Shown one piece after another: positions 13,761 to 25,340 of a DNA stretch of 64,000 nt; the first letter of the stretch is position 1; every line of letters begins with the position of its first letter. The stretch lies in the NCBI RefSeq assembly GCF_018350175.1, contig NC_058368.1:109184001-109248000 (forward strand), read 5' to 3'. Source of the stretch: Felis catus (taxonomy: Eukaryota). Both the position numbers and the translations under genes were made by a program. The notes below the pieces were generated by a model. It made no database searches. It saw only the letters and a program-made list of their open reading frames with translations, and was not told where the DNA came from.

Positions 13761-13779
13761 TAAAAATGAGCAGTTTGAA

Positions 13780-14772
13780 TTAGGGAAATGCACATCAAAA
13801 CCATAGTGAGGTATGACTTCACACCCTTCAGGATGGCTATTATCAAAAAAATAGAAAATAATAAGTATTGACAAGGCTGTGGAGAAATTAGAACTCTTGT
13901 GCATTGCTGGTGGAAATTTAAAATGGTGTAGTTGCTGTGGAAAATGGTATAGTATTTCCTGAAAAAATTAAACAGAATTACTTTAAGATCCAGCAGTTCC
14001 AAATCTGGATATGTACCCAAAAGGACTGAAAGCAAGAACTCAAAAAGATATTTTTATACCCATGTTCCTATAAGTATTATTCACGATAGCCCCAAAGTGA
14101 AAACAATCTAAATGCCCATTGACAGATGAATGGATAAACACAATGTAGTCTGTACACAAAATGGAATATTATTCAGCTTTAAAAAGAAATGAGATTCTGC
14201 CACATGGTACAGCATGGATGAACCTTGAAAACATTATGCTAAGAAGTGAAATAAGCCAGGGGTGCCTGGGTGGCTCAGTCAGTTTGGCAGCTGACTCTTG
14301 ATCTTGGCTCAGGTCATGATCTCACATTTTGTGAGTTTGAGCCTCACGTTGGGGTCTATGTCAATAGTGGAGAGCCTGCTTGGGATTCTCCCTCTCCCTA
14401 TCTCTCTGCCCCTCCCTCACTCACGCTCTCTCTCTCAAAAATAAATGAATAAACTTTAAAAAATAAAAAGTGAAATAAGCCAGACACAAAAGGACAAATA
14501 TTATATTTGTCCCTCATTTATGTGAGGTAGCTAGAGTAGTCAAATGCATAGAGATATAAAGTAAAATGGTGGTTGCCAACGGCTGGTGGCTGGAGGGGAA
14601 TATGGAATTAGTTTAATGAGTTTGGTATTTATGTTGAGGATGACAAAAAAATTCTGGAGCTGAATGGTAGTGATGGCTGCATGACAGTGTGGATGTACTT
14701 AATGCCATTAAATCACACACTTAATAATGGTTAAAATGGTAAATTTTATGTATGTTTTACTACATCAAAAAA
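13780..14772 (+). mobile_element. Old L1 (L1MB-like) ORF2 end and 3' UTR, interrupted by a Can-SINE
   Basis: GGGAAATGCACATCAAAACCA...GATGAATGGATAAACA...AATGGTTAAAATGGTAAATTTTATG. Confidence 0.85.
14260..14467 (+). mobile_element. Can-SINE
   Basis: GGGTGCCTGGGTGGCTCAGTC head; TSD AAGTGAAATAAGCCAG at 14244-14259 and 14468-14483. Confidence 0.93.
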
Positions 14773-14931
14773 TAATTTGGGTGTATTATGAACATTTTAG
14801 AAACTGTTGGTAAGCACCAGGGGAAAAAACTTAAGTCTTACCTGCTAGAGACAGCCACTGTTAAAATTGAGGGGTGTACCTTTCTATTCCTTTCTTCTTC
14901 TCTCTCTGTCTCTCAGGAAAAAAAAAATGTG

Positions 14932-14969
<38 letters not shown>
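14932..14969. repeat. (TCTA)n tetranucleotide microsatellite
   Basis: About 9 perfect TCTA units. Confidence 0.95.
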
Positions 14970-15273
14970 ATCTTTGAAGACAACGTCCGACCTATAGGAA
15001 GTCTCCTTCTCACATCTATTTCTCAACTCTTCTCAACTTCCTCCCTTTGAGCCACCCAGGACAAGTCTATCCCTGTTCTGGATGTCAGTTCTTTGAGCAA
15101 TTTCTCACACCTGATTTCACCCTCCTGCACCTCCAGGGTGACACTTCTCTGAAAATCCCCATTTCCCCTGTGTATCTGAAAATGTGGTACCAGAGTGGGA
15201 CTGGTTATGTGTTGGAAGGGGTTGGAGAGAATAGTGTGTGCCTCTCCCACCTTCTCAAATTCCACACATCTTA

Positions 15274-15495
15274 AAATTTTTTTTAATGTTTTTTTAAATT
15301 TATTTTGGAGAGAGAGACAGAGTACTAGCAGGGGAGGGGCAGAGAGAGAGAGAGAGGGAGACACAGATTCTGAAGCAGGCTCCAGACTCCAAGCTGTCAG
15401 CACAGAGCCCGACAGGGGGCTCAAACCCACAAACCGTGAGATCATGACCTAAGCCAAAGTTGGATGCTTAACATACTGAGGCACCCAGGCGCCCC
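15274..15495 (-). mobile_element. Can-SINE
   Basis: Reverse-oriented head ending CCCAGGCGCCCC; TSD TCCACACATCTTA at 15261-15273 and 15496-15508. Confidence 0.93.
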
Positions 15496-16873
15496 TCCAC
15501 ACATCTTAGGTAGCTCCACGTGAGCCAGTTGGCTTCTTGTACAATGCACTTGTTGTGGCTCCTGTGAAAGCCACTGATTACTAAACCCCTGAGTCTGTTG
15601 GTCCAGGCTGCACTTGGTCCAGGTCCCCATGCTCTGTCTTCTTGTCCTTGCTTTTTGGACCTGGTGCTGGGCATCATATTTTCCCTCTTGATTCTAGCCA
15701 CTCGATCTGGCTTGTGCAGCCTGCCAGGAGCCTGTGACCCCGTGCCCCAAAGAGCAGATCCTCCCTTTCCACTGTGAGGGAGCTGTGAGAGGAGTGAGGG
15801 CCCCACAGCCTCTGACCCCTGCTGGGCCCTGGGGAGGAGCAGCTGCTTCCTGTCTTCCTCCCATGAGAAGTGGGCCTCCTTCTCCATCCCAGGCACCACT
15901 GTGCCCTGCAGACCCACAAGTCAGCAGGAATGAGCCAAGCTATCAGAGAGAGACCTCTGTGAGGGAGCTGTGAGGGAGGTCTCTTGGCTTTGAGACCTCC
16001 ACAGAAGGGTTTGTTTAAGGTTTCAACCAGGATCTTTACAGCCCAGTCCTGAGAAGATTATCTTTTTATTGCAACTTTGATTAATGATTGATCAAAAACT
16101 GATACTAGAAACACTGAAGAACAAATTTGCCCTAGAGATTAGGAAAGGTCTACATCTGCCAGGCTTGGAGAGCTCACCACCTGCTCCCTCCAAGGTCAAA
16201 GCAGGGCAAAGGCACATTGGAAGGCCCACCTCATACACAGTCACACGCGTGTGCACATACGCACACACATGCGCTCAGGGCAAAAAGACAGATGTAAGTG
16301 TCCTTACAGCCTTTTTGGAATTAGATAGACTACAAATTGCAAATAAATGAGGAAGGGACTCATTTACAGATTACTCAATTACAAATTACTCATTACAAAT
16401 TAGCTTCTTAAAGAGAAATTTGAAATGTGGGGAAGAGAGGAGCTTGTGTGAAGACAATAGGGTGGGCTTCCTGTATTCCTCTAGTCCCAGAGAACTGACA
16501 TCAGAAATGTGTTCGACACCAGTAGGGGAGGGCAGGAGATGCCGGCCAAAGTTTCACAAGCCCTCCTCACAGGAAGAGCCTTGGAGAGGGATTGGGCTGC
16601 ACCTCAGCTGTGCTCTGGCTGTTTTGATGGTCTCTGAGGCTGTGACTGCATAGTGGGGTCCCCAGGCCACATCAGAACCACTGAAGGGCCCAAACCTCCC
16701 ACCTCAGAGACTGGGGAACCGAGAAATCTGAATTTTGACAGCGTCTCCTACCGGGGTTCAGCCAGTCCCCACCCTCTGGGAGCCCCAGGGAGCAGGTCCT
16801 GGCAGGAACACTCTTTTGCCCTTTAGCCTCTCTGTTGTGCCTTGGGGCACAGGGAGTGGAGCTGCTTCTAAAT

Positions 16874-17260
16874 GGAAACTGGAAAATGAAACTGGAAATC
16901 ACAGCCTTGCAACCCTGAGTGCCGGGGTTTCTTTTCCACAGGGAGAGTCCCCAAGAGGGGAGAAGCATGTTTAGAGAAGGCTGCGAGGGTGTTCCGGAAG
17001 CAGCCTGGCCACGGACACACTGGTGCACACCCGGGGTTGGGAGCCTGCAGGCCAGGAGGCGCCGGCGCAGGGAGGGGCCACAGTGAGGCCCCAGCTTCCT
17101 CTGAAGCTGGCAGGTTTGCTGTCAGCCCTGGGAAGGTTTCCTCTCTAGGAAAAGCTAATTTCACGATTTATGCTGAAAAACTCTTTTCAGAGGTACTTTA
17201 CGAAGGGCCCTGGCTCTTGGTTAACCTGAAAATGTTTAATTCTGAAACTGTTTCTCAGAA
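16874..17260. promoter_or_regulatory. Candidate downstream IRF/NF-kB/STAT enhancer
   Basis: ISRE GAAAATGAAACT at 16882-16893 within GGAAA repeats, GGTTTCTTTTCC at 16926-16937, kB-like GGGGACTCTCCC (minus) at 16941-16952, GAS TTCTCAGAA at 17252-17260. Confidence 0.55.
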
Positions 17261-19704
17261 TTCGATATTTCATACCAGCAGCTTCTCGTCCTCCTGGCTT
17301 CCTTCACCTTTGACCTGCCGTGGCTCTCCCACACGCACACACAGGACTTTCATGAGGAATGCAGGTGCTTGGATTGAACTGAGGATCAGAGATCAAAAAC
17401 CATAGTCCCCCTCCACTCCAGTGTCCCCCAGCACACACAGGAGTTTGTGCCTGTTCCGGCACACACACTAAAAGCTGCTGCCGGCAAAGACACTGCTTAG
17501 GGGCAACTTTGAGGACACCAGCAGAGCAGCTCTCCGGGCAGCAGATTTCCTAAAGGGATGGAATGCGGAAGATGGGTGACAGGGCTGTGGGACAGGGGCC
17601 AAGAGCTGTCCGCACCCGACCACTCCACACCAGCCTCTGTTCTGCCGTCTGCATCACTCACTTTGGGGAATGGCTGGCTTCTCTAATCCCCCGTCCCACA
17701 CACTCCTTCTTCCATGAAGACCCTGAAATTAAGTTGCACCCTTTTCCTAGCACCCTGTGCTCTTCAGCTGTCTTTGCGACTGTTTGCCTAATGTCTGTCT
17801 TCCTCACTGGAAATAATTCCATGCCAGGCATGGAATTTGGTCTGTGTTGCTCACTGTTGTGTCCTCAGTGCTTGGAATACTGCCTGACACACTGTAGGTG
17901 CAGGTGCACACAAAAATGTGTTCAATGCATGAGGACAGCCTGAAGAGCCCCAGCAAGGGGTCTGCACTGGCGTTTCCTCAGTGTCCAGACCCCACCCCAG
18001 CCCCTCAGAGCATCATGGGTTGAGGGTGCTATGGACAGATGCTCTGTTGCCCATGGTCCCCGGACCCCAGTCCCTGGAATGCTTTGACTGTCTTGGTGTG
18101 TGCAGGTTTCTGAGGGCCGCGGGCAGGTGGGGGTGCATAGGGGCATCTCCTGTGGCACATCCTCCATCAGCCTGCCTTTGCACCCCTTACCTGACAGATG
18201 GGCTTACATAGCCTCTTCCAGATAGGCCACTTGTAGCCTGGGGGTCAGGAGGTGGGGCAGATGCAGGATGCCAGTGGACAGTCCTCTGGGAGTAGATGTG
18301 GACAGGGAAAGCAACCTTTTAATCTTCTCAGCCTCAGCTTTCTCACCTGTAAATGGGATTTGTTCTTGTGTATATGCTTTGAAAAGCAATATAACAGAAG
18401 GTAATAGGGCAGACTTTGGAATTGGGCTCTTGGGGATAAAAATCCCAGCTCTGTCATTCACAGGCTATGTGACCTTGAGCCAATTACTGAATCCTTCGCT
18501 GCCTCACTTTTCTCTCCTGTAAAGTGGGAACAGCAATAGTGGATTCTATGAGTTTCGTCATGTTCCTGACACACGGTGAGGGCTCAGTCATCACTAGCTA
18601 TTATTACCTTAGCTGGGCTTATGAGGATCCAACAAAATGGCATATGTGAGCACAGCCCCTAGATTTGAAGCTGCCACACAAATACAAGGAAAGAGTAGTA
18701 TTTTGGACATATTGAGGGCACAGTGTCCCTCCCACATTTGTCTGGGGTGGGGCAACAGTTTCACTTGTTTAATGTTAAGCTAGAAGATGCACAAACAGGA
18801 GGTGAAAAACAAAACCGCCGACCGTTTGAGCTGTAGGCTGCACCAGAGCGGTGTGGCCGGTGCAGATGGTGAGGGCCCAGGCAGGCCTACTTCCTCCCTG
18901 CGTGCCCTGGGGCTTCCTCATACCAGCCGCTTCCCGAAGCTGCAGGAAGTGGGGCCAGGACCTCTTCAGGGTGTGTGCAGGGAGGCCCGGGCAGGGGTCG
19001 GCAGCTGCCAGAGTGCGAACAGGAGACCTCTAGGTCCTTGATGGGTCCTGGGGCCACGGGTACAGTAGCCCCTGCCCTTTCTCCATCTAGGATGGGTTTG
19101 TAGCAGACTCCCTGCCCAGACTACTCTCTCTTGAGCTTGCAAGAGATTGAACAAAAGGCGTCCAACCCGTGAGAGGCAGGCTAGAGAGAGAGCCGAATCT
19201 TTTCTCAAAGGAAATGCAGTTGTGGTTTGGAGACGTTCATTTCACATCTGTGGTTGGCGTTTCCCAGGGTTCTCGGAGGTGAATGCAGGGTCAGCCCTGT
19301 GTTGCCAAATAAGGTTCACCAGTGACCTTAGCAACAGGCTCTGCTGCCCATTGGCTGCCACTGCTGCCGCCTGCCAATACGGCTTCCCAGAGGCAGCACT
19401 GAAGCTGGGCCAAAGCTTCCACATGCTCAAGGCTCCAGCTTCTAGTGCCCTTTAAAGTAACCCCAGGTAGGGAGAAAGCTCTGGGCAAAGGTGCCAGGGG
19501 GCAGGACTGCCTGGATGCCTGTGTTTCAGAGTCCACCCTGACAGCACTCCACCGACAGTTTGCACACAGTGCTGGATCAGCTCCCTCAGCTTGGTGGCCT
19601 GGTCCCAGCTTGCCAGGATAAGCTGTTCCCTCCCCTTCCCGCCCCGCTTCGTGTCCTGCCTATCAATCTTGGAACTCCATAGTTCCCGTTTTGTAGTCCT
19701 GCTC

Positions 19705-19920
19705 TCCTCCTTTGTGCCAGGCACTCTGCTAAGCAACTTCATCACATTATCTCCTAACTCAGTAACCCACTGGTCCGTTAGCCCCATTTTATAGATGAGA
19801 AAACTGAGACTGAAGGAAGTCAGGTAACTGGCCCAAGACTGCATCAGTAAGTAGGGAAGCCACAAATTAAACCCAGTTTATACGGGTCCAGATCGCACAC
19901 TATTAACTGTTGTACTATGT
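19705..19920 (-). mobile_element. MIR
   Basis: CCCATTTTATAGATGAGAAAACTGAGACT core. Confidence 0.75.
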
Positions 19921-20505
19921 TGCCAGTCACTCGATGTCTCTGTGCCTCTCAATGTCTTCATCTGTGATATGGGGATGATAACATCTATCTTTGCACAGCA
20001 AAGACTGCATGGAGTGACTTATGCACAGGAACCTAGGGCAAAGTGTCAGCTTGTGTGGTAGCCCTCCTTGGCACCAGTGAGCCTGGTGCCTGCTGGGGGT
20101 GCTGCACAGGTGGCTTGCATGTTCCTCTTCCACAGAGTATGCTGCTAAAACACTGAGGTTTGTGGACCGGACTTCTCTGTGGCCCAAGTATTTGGTTTCT
20201 ACTTCCTCATTCTCAGCCTCCTCCTACCCCCACCCAACTGCATCACTGAGGTAGGTAGGCCGGAGCAGAGCCTGCTGCCAAGGGGCCCCGGCCTATGGGT
20301 GCCAGAGGAGACAGGGTGGCTGGGCTGGAGGGGACAAAGTTCTGAGGACCGAAGGTGGGCTGATCAGACCACAAGGGCAGGCATACCTCATTTCCTCTAC
20401 CCCAGACAATGCTGGGGTGTGACAAGCACTATTTCCCTAAGAAACATTTTCAGATATAAAAAGTACAGAAGTGACATGGTAAAGAAGAAGATACATATAC
20501 CCAAA

Positions 20506-20727
20506 GGGGCGCCTGGGTGGCTGTGTCGGTTAAGCTGCCAACTCTTGATTTCGGCTCAGGTCATGATCTCACGGTTTGTGGGATCAAGCCCCACATCGGG
20601 CTCAGTGCTGACAGCATGGAGCCTATTTGGGAATCTCTCTCTCCCTCTCTCTCTGCCCCTCCTCTGCTCACATGCTCTCTCTCTCTCCCTCTCTCTCAAA
20701 ATAAATCATTAAACTTAAAATAAAAAA
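20506..20727 (+). mobile_element. Can-SINE inserted beside an old L1 3' fragment (about 20730-21310)
   Basis: GGGGCGCCTGGGTGGCTG head, CT tract, A tail. Confidence 0.9.
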
Positions 20728-23653
20728 GATGATACACAGACCCTATAACCCAGCAGCCCCACTCCTCAGAATCTGCTCTGACCAAACTCTTACCCACCAC
20801 GTGTATGAGAATATCCACACAACATGAGGAAGAGTCCAGATGCCCATCAGCATTAGAGAAGGGGCATAAATTATGCAACATTCCTGCAGTGAAAATCAAT
20901 GAACTACAGCATCTTGCAATAGCAGTAATATTGGATAATAATATTATAGTAACGAATAACTGTAATCTATGTAATATTGAGTAAAACACACAAAAGAATG
21001 CATACAGTATAATTCCTTTTAGGAAGTTTAACAGCTAATCAAAGCTGGACTGTATTGTTTAAGGGTACATGCAGAAGATGGAAAACTATAAAAACCACAG
21101 AAATTATTGCCACAAAAGTCCATGTAGATGTGACACAGGGGAGGGTTGGGGTTGTGATTAGGAGAGGCCCAAAGGGGCCTTGAGGGGTGTTCACACTGTT
21201 TCACCTCTTGACCTGGTGGTGGTTATACAAAAATTGGCCTTATATTTTATACTTCTTAAACTGACCATATGTTTTGGGCATTTTTCTGCATAATTATTGT
21301 TTCTCAATAAGAAAGAAAAGTATACGTAGGTCACTTCCAGCACTGAACAGTGCATTGAATGGACAGGGCAGTGAGAGGAGGCTATGCCCACATAAGCCTC
21401 TTTGGGATCAGCTCTTCAGGAGTGCCACAGCGGTTGCTGAGTTGTAACTGTTAGTACAGACTGAGGGGCCTTGGAAGGAACTGAAGATAAAGACAGGCAA
21501 TTTAGGATTGAAGGATATCCTTTGACATGTCACTACCACTGGGGAAGACCAAGCAGTGGTTCCTGACTCTGTCCTCAGGGGGCTGGCATTTTCTAAGGTC
21601 GTAACTTGTTTTATCCATTCTTATTTTTCTAGACTAGAATAGGCCAGGGATGACAGTTAATAAATGTTTGTTGTGTGAACAAGTGTGTAGAAAATATGAT
21701 GTGGAGAGTAGTGCCTCATCAGGTCCCAGAGAGGCAGCCCACCAGGAGCCCTGTTTTTCTGGTATATCTCCAGACCACCGAGCCAGCTACAGCAGGCTTC
21801 TTCAGGGGTGCCCAGGGCTGATGTCCACTGACAGCTAGCTCAGCAGGTGTTACAGACACCCTCCTCTTTCTTTCCAAGCTAAATGTCACCAGTTTCTCCA
21901 GCTGTTTATCTTACAGCCCTCAGCATTCTACTTATCCAGCCTGGAGAGGCAATAAGGGTATCCAGATGTAGCCTGAACAGGCAGGACCATGAATGCAGAT
22001 GGAAACTTAGGGCTTGTGTGCTTTGGTAGTCACTGCGTTCAAGCTGTGATGGTGACGGCTGCTGAGATGGCCTCAGACGTGGTAGAAAGTTTGAGGGTTG
22101 CTGCTAATCGCTTTCTTTGGTGTTCTCATGGCCTTCACAGACACTTTTGTGAGGTTAAACTCCATGCTGTATGGCCCTTGTCACCAGTGTTATATTTTCC
22201 CTCAGCTCACCTAGAGGATCCCTGAGAGCTGGCTTGTGGTAGTCCCTCCATAGATGGTAGCTCATATTATTTACTTTGTTGTTTTATTATTTGAATAAAC
22301 AATCGTGGAGTCATTGCCATATATGGCACATGTACTGTGTGTCAGGCTTTGCTAGGTGCCAGAATACGGCAGTGAATAGAACAGGCCTGTCGCTGCTCCC
22401 AGAGCTTCTGAAAGCTCTGGGAAGACTTGTTTATTGAATGATAAACCTGGTTGAACTCATTGTGATCAACGCTGTTACCACCAGACATTCACTGGGTGCT
22501 CAACTCAGAACCACCCAGATGCACTCCCACCCTCGTGTGGGAATTTGGGAGTTGTTGAGGATGACACCAGTGAGGGAGGGGAGGAGCAGTGACCTGGAAG
22601 TGAACTGACTAGAGATCAAGTCCTACACTCTCCCATACACTTACCATATGACCATGGGTGAGTTAACTTGGCCTCTCTGAGTTTCAGTTATAATATCATG
22701 GAAATAGGGATAACAATACATCCCTCAGAGGCAAGAGAGGATCAAATAGGGTCATCACACTGCACAACTCCAGGGGGTGCTGTTCACATTAGTCTCTGCA
22801 AGGGCTGGTAGCCTGGGATTAAATGAGACCAGACCACTTTTGCTGTGTGGTCTGAAGTTACCAATCAATAAATGGGAGCTATTGTTATACACAAATTAGA
22901 GGGAAGCAGGGTCACTGCAGGCCAGCAGGCTGCACAGGGTCCGGCCAGGCTTTTGTTTTTCAAGGAAGGGCAGGGCTCTGAGAAGTGCAGCCTGTGATGT
23001 CAGCAAATGCCAGGAGGCAGGGACTCCCAGGGCAAGTCCGGGAGAGGCAGACTACCCAGGGAGGTGGCCTCTACTTCAGGGCCTACGTAAGGAATTCTCT
23101 AGGCACAGAGAAGCCACTGGAAGCTGGACATAGAGCAGGGACGGATGAGACTAAGGGGAAGTCTCTTCATTAGTGGGCTGCACCCTGCCCAGCCCCATCC
23201 TGCCTCACCAGCCCCATGAGGGCCAGGGTGGGGGAGTCATGAGTCTCCAAGGTTCCACAGTAAGGATCTGGGCCAGGACTCTGACCTGTGCAGACCCCAA
23301 TTTAACCCCGTTTATAGTCCCATAAAAGGAAGTCCCTGGCATTTTTGATATATACATATATGTAAGGTGTAGTTTTTTTGTTTTTTGGGGTTTTGTTTGT
23401 TTGTTGTTTCTTTTGTTTGTTTTTACTGTACAAGTAAGTGTAAGTCATTGTAGAGCATTTTTAAGTTATGGAAATATAAAGGCATAAATACAATAACCTA
23501 TAATCCCACCACCCAGAGATAATCACCATTAGTATCTGAGGCATTTCGTCCAGTAGGTGTTGCACATAAAATTATACATTATATACTCATTAGCTGAGAA
23601 TTATATTGTGTATAAGTTCATGTTTTACCTTTCCCTATAAAATTGTGAGAGTT

Positions 23654-23851
23654 GGGGCACCTGGGTGGCTCAGTCGGTTAAGTGTCCAACTCTTGATTTC
23701 GGCTCAGATCATGATATCACAGTTCATGAAATCAAACTCCAAGTTGGACTCTGCACTGACAGCAAGGAGCCTGCTTGGGATTCTTTCTCTCTCTCTCTCT
23801 CTCTCCTCTCTCTCACATAAATGTTAAAGAAAATTCAATAAATAAATAACA
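23654..23851 (+). mobile_element. Can-SINE
   Basis: GGGGCACCTGGGTGGCTCAGTCGGTTAAG head; near-perfect TSD ATAAAATTGTGAG(A/T)GTT. Confidence 0.9.
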
Positions 23852-24857
23852 TAAAATTGTGAGTGTTTTATGAGAAGGAGGGACTGTTTTCAATGTAAAA
23901 GAAACTCTAGAAAACTTTTCCCTTAGGAAAAAAAAAAAAGCACAAAGCCCTATTCCATGGCTGCATTTGGGAGGACCCCATGAGGTCTGCAGACTGGCTC
24001 TGTCTCGTATCTGGTGGTAACTCTGAGGCAGTGGCTCAGAGAAAGACAAGTTTTTCTCTTTTCTCCTGGCCAGACTGCAGCCTCCTACTTGTGGACAAAA
24101 CAAAGTTGATGAGTGTGCCCTCACCCTTCCTTCCTCAGCACAGGATGTATGATCATCCCCTCCATCCAAAGGCATGTGGGGCTGTGATTGTTATTGTTTA
24201 TTAATTAAAAAAAAAACAGCATCTCAATCTGTGCGGCACATTTTCTCTTGTGTTACCTCACCCTGTGAGGCAGGTAAGACAAAAACTGTCATACCCATTG
24301 TATAGATGAAGAAACTAAGGCTACAAGAGGTCTCATTTGAAGCCGCACAGCTAGTAAGTGGCAGAACGGAGACTTGATGCAGATTTGACTGACATCCAAC
24401 TTAGTGATTTTTCCTCAAAACCTTTTCCCTCTATTCCAAGCTTTTTCTGAGCTAAATTTGATCCCCTTAATAAAGCCAAAGACTGAGAGTGCTGCAGGTA
24501 TAATAGGTGTGTGGAAAGGACTGAACCCCACCCTAGGAGCCTTAAGCCAAGCCCTGCAGACTCAGGTGCTGGGTGGCCTCACCTCAGCACAGCTCCTCTA
24601 GGACACCTCAGAGCCAGCATCATCGGGCACTAGGGGAGTGGGTTCAAGGAGGCAGCTGTTTCCCATAGGCATGTCCAGCAGAGCCAGTATTCTTTGAGCA
24701 TCCTTCTTGACCCACCCAGGTCATGGAGGTCCATTCTCTGCCCAGGGCTCTAGAGTCTCAGTACTCCCAGAACAGAATAGGGTTTTTTTACAGAGAGACT
24801 CTGGAGCTCTGTGAGACTGACTCTAACCAAGGGCTTTGGGGCAGCTGCCTCAGGTCC

Positions 24858-25340
24858 TTTCCTATATTGCTGCTGTCACAAAATACTATAAGTGACTTAA
24901 AACAACATGTTTCTTAGCTTACAGTTCTGTAGGCTAGAAATCCAAAATTGATCGCAATGGACTAAACTCCCGGTGTCAACAGTGCTCCATTCCTTTCCAG
25001 AGGCTCTAGTAGAGAGCCCTTTCCAACTTTCAGAGGCCACCTGCATTCCTTGACTTGTGGTCCCTTCCTCCATCTTCAGAGCCGGCAATCACTGGTCCAG
25101 TCTTTCACATAATGCCATCTCTCAGTTTCTCACTCTCCTGCCTCCTTCTTCCCCATTTAAGGACATTTGTTACTGCATTGGATCCATCCAAATAATCCAG
25201 GATAATCTCCTTATTTTAAGTTGCTAACTAGCAACCTTAATACCCCGTTGCCATTAGGATAACAGATTCACAGATTACATGTGTTAGTATGTGGGTGTCT
25301 TTATTCCTCTAGTATGTGGGCATCCATTATTCTTCCTACT
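24858..25340 (-). mobile_element. MaLR solo LTR (MLT1C/D-like)
   Basis: GACTTAAAACAACA...CTTACAGTTCTGTAGGCTAGAAATCC...CCTTCCTCCATCTTCA...ATAATCCAGGATAATCTCC. Confidence 0.8.

Noticed and set aside
15772..15974. 18-bp direct repeat CTGTGAGGGAGCTGTGAG
   Set aside because: Internally repetitive, low complexity; no spacer array or element structure, so not CRISPR-like
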